Origin: Macrostomum hystrix
Taxonomy: Eukaryota; Animalia; Platyhelminthes
Assembly: GCA_950097015.1 (NCBI GenBank)
Contig: CATNEN010000025.1
Coordinates: 3,286,001-3,350,000 of the forward strand
Length of the DNA stretch: 64,000 bases
Reading direction: 5' to 3'
In this document: one piece after another, positions 52,395-64,000 of the stretch
How positions within the stretch are numbered: the first letter of the stretch is position 1
How the letters are laid out: each line of letters starts with the position of its first letter
Made by a program: the position numbers and the translations under genes
Notes under the pieces: model-generated
Told to the model about the DNA's origin: nothing
What the model saw: the letters and a program-made list of their open reading frames with translations, nothing else
The model's database searches: none

Positions 52395-53625
52395 CTATCA
52401 ATCTACTATCATTTCCAATCCTATCCAATCCTATCTAATCCAATCCTATCCAATCCTATCCAATCCAATCCAATCCTATCCTATCCTATCCTATCCTATC
52501 CTATCCTATCCTATCCTATCCTATCCTATCCTATCCTATCCTATCCTATCCTATCCTATCCTATCCAATCCTATCTTATCCTATCCTATCCTATCCTATC
52601 CTATCCTATCCTATCCTATCCTATCCTATCCTATCCTATCCTATCCTATCCTATCCAATCCTATCTTATCCTATCCTATCCAATCCTTTCCAATCCTATT
52701 CAACCCAATCCTATTCAATCCTATCCAATCCTATCCAATCCTATTCAATCCAATCCTATCGAATCCTATCCTATTCAATCCAATCCTATCCTATCCTATC
52801 GAATCCTATCCAATCCAGTCCTATCCAATCCTATCCTATTCAATCCAATCCTATCCCATCCTATCCAATCCTATCCAATCTTATCCAATCGTATCCAATC
52901 CTATCCAATCCTATCCAATCCTATCCTATCCAATCCTATCCTATCCAATCCTATCCAATCCTATCCAATCCTATCCTATCCAATCCTATCCTATCCAATC
53001 TTATCCTATCCTATCCTATCCAATCCTATCCAATCCTATCCAATCCTATCTAATCCCACCCAATCCTATCCTATCCTATCCAATATTATCCAATCCTATC
53101 CAATCCTATCCAATATTATCCAATCCTATCCAATCCTATCCAATCCTATCGAATCCTATCCTTTACTATCCAATCCAATCCTATCCAATCCTATCCAATC
53201 CAATACTATCCAATCCTATCCCATCCTATCCTATCCTACGCAATCATTTCCAATCCTATCCAATCCTATCCAATCCAATCCTATCCAATCCTATCCAATC
53301 CAATACTATCCAATCCTATCCAATCCAATCCTATCCAATCCTATCCAATCCAATACTATCCAATCCTATCCAATCCAATACTATCCAATCCTATCCAATC
53401 CAATCCTATCCAATCCTATCCTATCCTATCCTATTCAATTCAGTCCTACCCTATCCTATCCTATTCAATCCAATCCTATTCTATGCTATCCAGTCCTATC
53501 CAATCCTATCCTATCCTATCCTATTCGATTCAGTCCTACCCTATCCTATCCTATTCAATCCAATCCTATTCTATGCTATCCAATCCTATCCAATCCTATC
53601 CAGTCCTATCCTATCATAGTCTATG
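52395..53625. repeat. (ATCCT/ATCCA)n pentanucleotide satellite
   Basis: Direct inspection. Confidence 0.95.
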
Positions 53626-54359
53626 CTATCCCTTCCTCTCCAATCTTCTCTTCTGCTCATCTCTCTAGCGTCTCGCTTGTATCTCCTTATCTATCATTTG
53701 TTTCATGTACTCAATATTCCTGCAGCTATCCAAATGTAACTATTTGAACACTGGCTTTTTGGGACCACAGCTGGGGCGGAATTATTCACAGGCTAAAATA
53801 AAAGGATATTGAATTTTAGTCCACCTGGATAGACGATCGAGTAGATTTTTGTCGGGACACATGACAGATATGGCAGGTGCAAATCAGATTTTTAGCACGA
53901 CAATTAGTAGCTTAACACAAGAAATAATACAAGGGGGAATTTCAAATACCCACATTTTTTACCCACATTTGAAATATCCCCATGGGGGTCTACGGGTGAC
54001 TGCTGGGGGTTCGCCCCCAATAAAATATTATAGTTTTTCTATCGCCTAGTAAGCTTGTTCGAGTATGCACTACTCGAACATTAATTTTGTCTTTAAATCT
54101 AAACAAACTTCACAGTTTCTGAGCAAACACAAACACAATTAGCATATTAGCGGAATAGCCAAATTTCATCAATACGACTGTATTTTCGATCGCTCGGTCG
54201 AGTCTACACAAGAATGTAGCAAAATAAAGCAGTTTGCTAGATAAGAAAGCTATTACATCTCGATTCCCATAAGCAGCCTTCATTCTCTAGTTCGTCCTCT
54301 GTTGAGGCAAGTGATATTCTATTTCCTTTCTTGGCTTGAGCGTTATAGAGTGCCTGCCT

Positions 54360-55300
54360 TACTCAGTCTCATGTTTATTCTCATACTCAGTCTCATGTTT
54401 ATTCTCATACTCAGTCTCATGTTTATTCTCATACTCAGTCTCATGTTTATTCTCATACTCAGTCTCATGTTTATTCTCATACTCAGTCTCATGTTTATTC
54501 TCATACTCAGTCTCATGTTTATTCTCATACTCAGTCTCATGTTTATTCTCATACTCAGTCTCATGTTTATTCTCATACTCAGTCTCATGTTTATTCTCAT
54601 ACTCAGTCTCATGTTAATCTCATACTCAGTCTCATGTTATTCTCATACTCAGTCTCATGTTCATTCTCATACTCAGTCTCATGTTTATTCTCATACTCAG
54701 TCTCATGTTTATTCTCATACTCAGTCTCATGTTAATCTCATACTCAGTCTCATGTTTATTCTCATACTCAGTCTCATGTTTATTCTCATACTCAGTCTCA
54801 TGTTTATTCTCATACTCAGTCTCATACTCATTCTCATACTCAGTCTCAAGCTCCTTATCATACTCATTCTCATACTCATTCTCATACTAATTCGCATACT
54901 CGTTCCCATGCTCATACTCATTATCATACTCATTCTCATTCTCATACTCATTCTCATACTCGTTCTCATGCTCATTATCATACTACGGCTCGCAATTCTC
55001 ATGCTCAGTCTCATACTCATTCTCATACTCATTCTCATACTCAGTCTCATACTCAGTCTCATGCTCAGTCTCATACTCAGTCTCATGCTCAGTCTCATAC
55101 TCATTCTCATACTCATTCTCATACTCAGTCTCATACTCATTCTCCTACTAATGCGCATGCTCATTCTCATACGTCGTACTAATTCGCATACTCGTTCCCA
55201 TGCTCATACTCATTATCATACTCATTCTCATTCTCATACTCGTTCTCATACTCATGCTCATACTTATTCTCATACTCATCCATCACGTTCTCATTATCAT
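54360..55300. repeat. 24-bp unit ACTCAGTCTCATGTTTATTCTCAT grading into degenerate CTCATT/CTCATA hexamers
   Basis: Direct inspection. Confidence 0.9.
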
Positions 55301-55318
55301 TCTGACACTCATGCCCAC

Positions 55319-58300
55319 TGTTGATCCCCGCTGAATCGTGTTCCCATTTGCCATCATAGTCGGTGTAGTCCTCTGTCCGGTCATCAGCAATCAGCCGCTC
55401 TCTCTGATTGGTCGACGGAGCAAGCAAATTGCCAAATCTACAGAGCGAATGGACACAGAGGAGGAGTTTAAAAGTCAAGCGAAATCGACATAAAGAAAGT
55501 CCAGCAAAGTGGGAAGCGCAGAGTGATTGACAAGTCAACACGATTCCACTATAATTAACAACTGTTAAAAATTTCAGATACTGGATAAAACAAAAACAAA
55601 ACAAGTCAACAGACAATGCGGCCTCAAATTGCTCTAAGCGTCCTTTTGCTGCTACAACTCAGCTGGATGAGTGCAGTAAGTTATCTATCGCTCATTTCCT
55701 AGAGCGTAGAATTATTCGCTCTCTACTTCTCCCTCCACTCTCAAACTCGCCGCTGTCTACTTCTCACTCCACTCTCAAACTCGCCGCTGTCTACTTCTCA
55801 CTCCACTCTCAAACTCGCCGCTGTCTACTTCTCACTCCACTCTTAAACTCGCCGCTGTCTACTTCTCACTCCGAACTCAAACTTTCCACTCTCTACGCTA
55901 TCTACTCACTCCACACTCAAACTCATTCTCATTCTCATACTCATTCTCATACTCATTCTCATACTCATACTCATTCTCATACTCATTCTCATACTCATTC
56001 TCATTCTCATACTCATTCTCATACTCATTCTCATTCTCATACTCATTCTCATACTCATTCTCATACTCATTCTCATACTCATTCTCATTCTCATTCTCAT
56101 TCTCATACTCATTCTCATACTCATTCTCCTACTCATTCTGATACTCATTCTCATACTCATTCTCATTCTCATTCTCATACGCATTCTCATACTCATACTC
56201 ATTCTCATACTCATTCTCATACTCATACTCATTCTCATACTCATTCTCATACTCATTCTCATTCTCATACTCATTCTCATACTCATTCTCATTCTCATAC
56301 TCATTCTCATACTCATACTCATTCTCATACTCATTCTCATACTCATTCTCATTCTCATACTCATTCTCCTACTCATTCTGATACTCATTCCCATACTCAT
56401 TCTCATACTCATTCTCATACGCATTCTCAGACTTATTCTCATTCTCATACTCATACTCATACTCATTCTCATTCTCATACTCATTTTTATTCTCATTCTC
56501 ATACTAATTCTCATTCTCATTCTCATTCTCATACTCATACTAATTCTCATACTCATTCTCATTCTCATTCTCATTCTCATACTCATTCTCATTCTCATTC
56601 TCATACTCATTCTCATTCTCATTCTCATTCTCATTCTCATTCTCATACTCATTCTCATTCTCATACTCATTCTCATTCTCATTCTCATACTCATTCTCAT
56701 TCTCATACTCATTCTCATTCTCATTCTCATACTCATTCTCATTCTCATACTCATTCTCATTCTCATTCTCATTCTCATACTCATTCTCATTCTCATTCTC
56801 ATTCTCATTCTCATACTCATTCTCATTCTCATTCTCATACTAATTCTCATTCTCATTCTAATTCTCATACTCATACTAATTCTCATACTCATTCTCATAC
56901 TCATTCTCAGACTTATTCTCATTCTCATACTCATACTCATACTCATTCTCATTTTCATACTCATCTTTATTCTCATTCTCATTCTCATACTCATTCTCAT
57001 ACTAATTCTCATTCTCATTCTCATTCTCATACTCATACTAATTCTCATACTCATTCTCATTCTCATTCTCATACTCATTTCCATTCTCATTCTCATTCTC
57101 ATTCTCATTCTCATACTCATTCTCATTCTCATTCTCATACTCATTCTCATTCTCATTCTCATTCTCATACTCATTCTCATTCTCATTCTCATTCTCATTC
57201 TCATACTCATACTAATTCTCATACTCATTCTCATTCTCATTCTCATACTCATTCTCATTCTCATTCTCATACTCATTCTCATTCTCATTCTCATTCTCAT
57301 TCTCATTCTCATACTCATACTCATTCTCATTCTCATACTCATTCTCATTCTCATTCTCATTCTCATTCTCATTCTCATTCTCATACTCATTCTCATTCTC
57401 ATACTCATTCTCATTCTCATTCTCATTCTCATTCTCATTCTCATTCTCATTCTCATACTCATTCTCATTCTCATTCTCATTCTCATTCTCATTCTCATAC
57501 TCATTCTCATTCTCATACTCATTCTCATTCTCATTCTCATACTCATTCTCATTCTCATACTCATTCTCATTCTCATTCTCATACTCATTCTCATTCTCAT
57601 ACTCATTCTCATTCTCATTCTCATTCTCATACTCATTCTCATTCTCATTCTCATTCTCATTCTCATACTCATTCTCATTCTCATTCTCATACTAATTCTC
57701 ATTCTCATTCTAATTCTCATACTCATACTAATTCTCATACTCATTCTCATACTCATTCTCAGACTTATTCTCATTCTCATACTCATACTCATACTCATTC
57801 TCATTCTCATACTCATCTTTATTCTCATTCTCATTCTCATACTCATTCTCATACTAATTCTCATTCTCATTCTCATTCTCATACTCATACTAATTCTCAT
57901 ACTCATTCTCATTCTCATTCTCATACTCATTTCCATTCTCATTCTCATACTCATTCTCATTCTCATTCTCATTCTCATTCTCATACTCATTCTCATTCTC
58001 ATTCTCATTCTCATTCTCATTCTCATTCTCATTCTCATACTCATTCTCATTCTCATTCTCATTCTCATTCTCATACTCATTCTCATTCTCATTCTCATAC
58101 TAATTCTCATTCTCATTCTAATTCTCATACTCATACTAATTCTCATTCTCATTCTCATTCTCATTCTCATACTCATTCTCATTCTCATTCTCATACTCAT
58201 TCTCATTCTCATTCTCATTCTCATTCTCATTCTCATACTCATTCTCATTCTCATACTCATTCTCATTCTCATTCTCATTCTCATTCTCATTCTCATACTC

Positions 58301-59106
58301 ATTCTCATTCTCATTCTCATACTCATTCTCATTCTCATTCTCATTCTCATACTCATTCTCATTCTCATTCTCATTCTCATTCTCATACTCATACTAATTC
58401 TCATACTCATTCTCATTCTCATTCTCATACTCATTCTCATTCTCATTCTCATTCTCATTCTCATACTCATTCTCATTCTCATTCTCATTCTCATTCTCAT
58501 TCTCATTCTCATTCTCATTCTCATACTCATTCTCATTCTCATTCTCATACTCATTCTCATTCTCATTCTCATTCTCATTCTCATTCTCATACTCATTCTC
58601 ATTCTCATACTCATTCTCATTCTCATTCTCATTCTCATTCTCATTCTCATACTCATTCTCATTCTCATTCTCATACTCATTCTCATTCTCATTCTCATTC
58701 TCATACTCATTCTCATTCTCATTCTCATTCTCATTCTCATACTCATACTAATTCTCATACTCATTCTCATTCTCATTCTCATACTCATTCTCATTCTCAT
58801 TCTCATACTCATTCTCATTCTCATTCTCATTCTCATTCTCATTCTCATACTCATACTCATTCTCATTCTCATACTCATTCTCATTCTCATTCTCATTCTC
58901 ATTCTCATTCTCATTCTCATACTCATTCTCATTCTCATTCTCATTCTCATTCTCATTCTCATACTCACACTCATTCTCATTCTCATTCTCATTATCATAA
59001 GTATACTTCTCCGCTTTCTACTTCTCACTCCACTCTCAAACTCTCCGCTCTCTACTTCTCACCGGAATGTATCGTTTCCCTTGACCTCGAATATCAACAT
59101 GCAGAG
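55319..59106 (-). CDS. Two candidate exons of an unidentified minus-strand gene: 59106-59063 (LCMLIFEVKGNDTFR) and 55437-55319 (FGNLLAPSTNQRERLIADDRTEDYTDYDGKWEHDSAGIN)
   Basis: Strong pyrimidine-rich acceptor at 55438-55439, GTGAGA and GTGGGC donors, compatible phase-2 junction. No family recognised. Confidence 0.3.
55735..59062. repeat. ~3.07-kb (CTCATT/CTCATA)n hexamer array (55920-58995) flanked on both sides by a 34-bp repeat CCACTCTCAAACTCGCCGCTGTCTACTTCTCACT
   Basis: 34-bp units at 55735-55920 and 59007-59062; internal markers recur at 852-, 480- and 240-bp offsets. Confidence 0.93.
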
Positions 59107-59529
59107 CTTTAATTAATCGAAATTGTCACTAAACAGCCTAGCTAAAAACGATTAAGTACCGAAATTATATGTTTCTCTTTTCCCTGTACTCAGGCTGTAA
59201 CTGGCCAGAAAATAATTTTAATTGTATTGCTAGGTTTGGCTTTCTGTCTATTATTCTAGACTGCCTGTACCGATTTTTTGTGGCACCAGAAGCTAAATAA
59301 GAGAAAAGCAGAAAATTTACTCGCTTCCAACGAAACTGCTTTCACTGTTTCCTAGATTGAACAACTTTTTTAGAGACAGTTTTTCAAGTACTATTGTCAG
59401 ATTTTAGACTTTGATTCTCTCCTAATTAATCTAAACTTAAGTTAGCTTAGAGAAACTGCTTCTTTAGAAAAATACAAATATAATGATACTTTTTCTAGCA
59501 ATCAAATGGAATTGTCAAATAGAATAGAA

Positions 59530-61580
59530 GGGTAATGACCGATGTACTAAATGACCTTCAGAGAGGGTAATGACTGGTGTATTGAATGACTTTCAGAGAG
59601 GCTAATGACCGATGTACTGAATGACTTTCTAAGAGGGTAATGACTGATGTACTGAATGACTTTCTAAGAGGGTAATGACTGATGTACTGAATGACTTTCA
59701 GAGAGGGTAATGACCGATGTACTGAATGACCTTCAGAGAGGGTAATGACCGATGTACTAAATGACCTTCAGAGAGGGTAGTGACCAATGTACTGAATGGC
59801 CTTCAGAGAGGGTAATGACTGATGTACTGAATGACTTTCTAAGAGGGTAATGACTGATGTACTGAATGACTTTCTAAGAGGGTAATGACTGATGTACTAA
59901 ATGACCTTCAGAGAGGGCAATGACCGATGTACTGAATGACCTTCAGAGAGGGTAATGACCGATGTACTGAATGGCCTTCAGAGAGTGTAATGACCTATGT
60001 ACTGAATGACTTTCAGAGAGGGTAATGATCTATGTACTGAATGACTTTCAGAGAGGGTAATGATCTATGTACTGAATGACGTTCAGAGAGTGTAATGACC
60101 GATGTACTGAATGACTTTCAGAGAGGCTAATGACCGATGTACTAAATGACCTTCAGAGAGGGTAATGACCGATGTACTTAATGACCTTCAGAGAGGGTAG
60201 TGACCAATGTACTGAATGGCCTTCAGAGAGTGTAATGACCTATGTACTGAATGACTTTCAGAGAGGGTAATGATCTATGTACTGAATGACTTTCAGAGAG
60301 GGTAATGATCTATGTACTGAATGACGTTCAGAGAGTGTAATGACCGATGTACTGAATGACTTTCAGAGAGGCTAATGACCGATGTACTAAATGACCTTCA
60401 GAGAGGGTAATGACCGATGTACTGAATAAATTTCACAGAGGGTAATGACCGATGTACTGAATGACCTTCAGAGAGGGTAATGACCGATGTACTAAATGAC
60501 CTTCAGAGAGGGTAATGACCGATGTACTTAATGACCTTCAGAGAGGGTAGTGACCAATGTACTGAATGGCCTTCAGAGAGGGTAATGACTGATGTACTAA
60601 TTGACCTTCAGAGAGGGCAATGACCGATGTACTGAATGACCTTCAGAGAGGGTAATGACCGATGTACTAAATGACCTTCAGAGAGGGTAATGACCGATGT
60701 ACTTAATGACCTTCAGAGAGGGTAGTGACCAATGTACTGAATGGCCTTCAGAGAGGGTAATGACTGATGTACTAATTGACCTTCAGAGAGGGCAATGACC
60801 GATGTACTGAATGACCTTCAGAGAGGGTAATGACCGATGTACTAAATGACCTTCAGAGAGGGTAGTGACCAATGTACTGAATGGCCTTCAGAGAGGGTAG
60901 TGACCAATGTACTGAATGGCCTTCAGAGAGGGTAATGATCTATGTACTGAATGACTTTCAGAGAGTGTAATGACCGATGTACTGCATGACTTTCAGAGAG
61001 GCTAATGACCGATGTACTAAATGACCTTCAGAGAGGGTAATGACTGGTGTATTGGATTACTTTCAGAGAGGCTAATGACCGATGTACTGAATGACGTTCA
61101 GAGAGTGTAATGACCGATGTACTGAATGACTTTCAGAGAGGGTAATGACCGATGTACTAAATGACCTTCAGAGAGGGTTATTACTGGTGTATTGAATGAC
61201 TTTCAGAGAGGCTAATGACCGATGTACTGAATGACGTTCAGAGAGTGTAATGACCGATGTACTGAATGACTTTCAGAGAGTGTAATGACCGATGTACTGA
61301 ATGACTTTCAGAGAGGGTAATGACCGATGTACTGAATGACCTTCAGAGAGGCTAATGACCGATGTACTGAATGACCTTCAGAGAGGCTAATGACCGATGT
61401 ACTGAATGACCTTCAGAGAGGCTAATGACCGATGTACTGAATGACCTTCAGAGAGGCTAATGACCGATGTACTGAATGACCTTCAGAGAGGCTAATGACC
61501 GATGTACTGAATGACCTTCAGAGAGGCTAATGACCGATGTACTGAATGACCTTCAGAAAGGGTAATGACCGATTAACTGA
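59530..61580. repeat. 35-bp minisatellite AGAGAGGGTAATGACCGATGTACTGAATGACCTTC
   Basis: About 58 copies. Confidence 0.95.
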
Positions 61581-62084
61581 ATTACCGTAGGATTGGATAT
61601 TAGCCAGTGTCAATATCCTATCGTACTTTAGGATCTCTAAGGTCTAAGGTAGATGCTTATAATGTTTTCAATATACTATAAACATTATGACAAAAAAGAA
61701 ACTTACATAAGAGTTGGACTTTTTCAGTAATAACACATAAACATAGCTGCACGTACTGACAGACGGCAAAATTTGAACACTGGCAAAGCTGCACCTTTTG
61801 TAGAAACCAAATTCTTCTAGTCTTCTGTTCTCAAGTCCGTAGCTAATTTGGCACGGTTCAGTCGTTTTATTATTATGATTATTATGATTATTATGATTAT
61901 TATGATTATTATGATTAGTTCTTTTAACAAAATGATCAGTCCTGTAGATTTCATAAAGCAGCCAAGTCTATGACTTTGATTCGCTTATTTTTGTCTAGAA
62001 GAATATCGTGACAGAAAAATAACTACTTTTGCCTATAAAACTATAGAAAAGTACGAGTATTTTATTCAGACGAACGACTTTTTA

Positions 62085-62800
62085 GATGATGACTAATGAA
62101 GCTTGTGTAATGATGACCAATTAAGCTTGTGTAATGATGACAAATTAAGCTTGTGTAATGATGACAAATTAAGCTTGTGTAATGATGACTAATTAAGCTT
62201 GTGTAATGATGACTAATTAAGCTTGTGTAATGATGACTAATTAAGCTTGTGTAATGATGACTAATTAAGCTTGTGTAATGATTACTAATGAAGCTTGTGT
62301 AATGATGACTAATGAAGCTTGCGTAATGATGACTAATGAAGCTTGTGTAATGATGACTAATGAAGCTTGTGTAATGATGAATAATGAAGCTTGTGTAATG
62401 ATGACTAATGAAGCTTGTGTAATGATGACTAATGAAGCTTGTGTAATGATGACTAATGAAGCTTGTGTAATGATGACTAATGAAGCTTGTGTAATGATGA
62501 CTAATGAAGCTTGTGTAATGATGACTAATGAAGCTTGTGTAATGATGACTAATGAAGCTTGTGTAATGATGACTAATGAAGCTTGTGTAATGATGACTAA
62601 TGAAGCTTGTGTAATGATGAATAATGAAGCTTGTGTAATGATGAATAATGAAGCTTGTGTAATGATGAATAATGAAGCTTGTGTAATGATGAATAATGAA
62701 GCTTGTGTAATGATGAATAATGAAGCTTGTGTAATGATGAATAATGAAGCTTGTGTAATGATGACTAATTAAGCTCGTGTAATGATGACAAGTTTAGCTT
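62085..62800. repeat. 24-bp minisatellite ATGATGACTAATGAAGCTTGTGTA
   Basis: About 30 copies. Confidence 0.95.
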
Positions 62801-63689
62801 GTGTAGTATATAGGTTTCTTTATTGAATGCGTATTTTACTTAGTTTTACTGCGCGTTAAGAAATCTACAAATTGAGCTACTGCAATGAGTACAACTTACC
62901 CTACAACTCAAGGTTTTTCTCGCTAATTGTGTTCGCTAATTGCATACCCACATGCACTTACCTATTGTTACTTCACTCGCGCCACTACTATTCTTATTTC
63001 ACCTCCTGACTGACCGGAAATACACATTTAGTTCTCGTCAGAAGGAATGGACACCTGACACCTCCTGGGGGGGCAGGTGGAGGCCGTGGGTGTTAGGCTC
63101 CCCTCTGCTGTGCGGGCGGAGTGGGATCTAGTGTCGTTGTGGAGTGACGAGATTAACAAATAGATAAGAAGATAGCGACGTAGATCAAAATTGCGACGTT
63201 GATAAACAAATTGACGTTTACAAACGTCAATCGACGTTAGTAAGGCGCTAATGAAATTTTAGACGTTGATAAAATTTCGAAAATTATTAACTATTCCGAC
63301 TTAATCTTCATTGATGCTGGATATTAAATGATAAAAAATTAAGTACACTTTGCCGGAAAAAAATCGTGAAAGAGTTTTGAATGACGCACTCGAAAAGTCA
63401 TTGAATTTCGAAGAAAATATCTGTGTCTTTAGCAAGTTTAGCCTGGATTAAGTGTTGAAGGCTTAAGTTTGGAAGGCTTTTGAAGGGCCAGGATCAGCTG
63501 TTGTGAATAGAAATTTCATCGCGGCTGTGCTAATCCTCACTGACTCTGAGCCACATGGTGTCAGATTTCGATTCAGAATTTTTTTAAATCCCAACAGCTT
63601 GAAAAGCCAACTGAGCGCTTCGACCTCTGACGGACGCTACGTTTTTGAATTCTAATAAAATCTACCACTTCTGATGGGAAAAGTAAACT

Positions 63690-64000
63690 CTATCTCTACT
63701 CCAATCTCTACTCCAGTCTCTACTCCAATCTCTACTCCAGTCTCTACTCCAATCTCTACTCCAATCTCTACTCCAGTCTCTACTCCAGTCTCTACTCCAA
63801 TCTCTACTCCAATCTCTACTCCAGTCTCTACTCCAATCTCTACTCCAGTCTCTACTCCAATCTCTACTCCAATCTCTAATCCAGTCTCTACTCCAGTCTC
63901 TACTCCAATCTCTACTCCAATCTCTACTCCAGTCTCTACTCCAGTCTCTACTCCAATCTCTACTCCAATCTCTACTCCAGTCTCTACTCCAATCTCTACT
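63690..64000. repeat. 12-bp repeat TCTCTACTCCA(A/G), running off the window end
   Basis: Direct inspection. Confidence 0.95.

Noticed and set aside
55906-59028. 1040-aa poly-(MR/MS) ORF
   Set aside because: Stop-free only because the hexamer has no stop in that frame; no independent evidence of coding.

Overview
Repeat-saturated genomic DNA from an invertebrate animal. It has spliceosomal GT-AG introns and GC-rich exons in AT-rich intergenic DNA, and about 27 kb (~40%, manual tally) is tandem repeat in more than 30 arrays. The species cannot be fixed from the sequence; the satellite load is reminiscent of Macrostomum-like flatworm genomes, which is only an inference. Most long ORFs in the supplied track are repeat artefacts. 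Three spliced genes can be rebuilt by hand: a compact 4-exon ODF3/SHIPPO-repeat gene (5634-6947, +, 254 aa); a divergent, probably GPI-anchored ephrin whose 7 small exons are spread over 24 kb (8350-32131, +, ~272 aa) and which the ORF track does not show as a gene; and a 3-exon inositol polyphosphate multikinase (43621-45429, -, 335 aa). Mobile DNA includes three copies of a Buster-type hAT MITE whose size (0.3-2.4 kb) is set by an internal 16-bp minisatellite, a MITE-like element with long TIRs, tRNA-derived SINE copies and a degraded Ty3/Gypsy relic. The most interesting unexplained structures are inverted satellite arrays plus a 34-bp inverted repeat bracketing a frame-preserving ephrin exon, the satellite-carrying MITE, an orphan 1.3-kb ORF and a partial HDV-like ribozyme core. 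There is no CRISPR, rRNA or intact tRNA. All coordinates were derived by eye; array boundaries are approximate.
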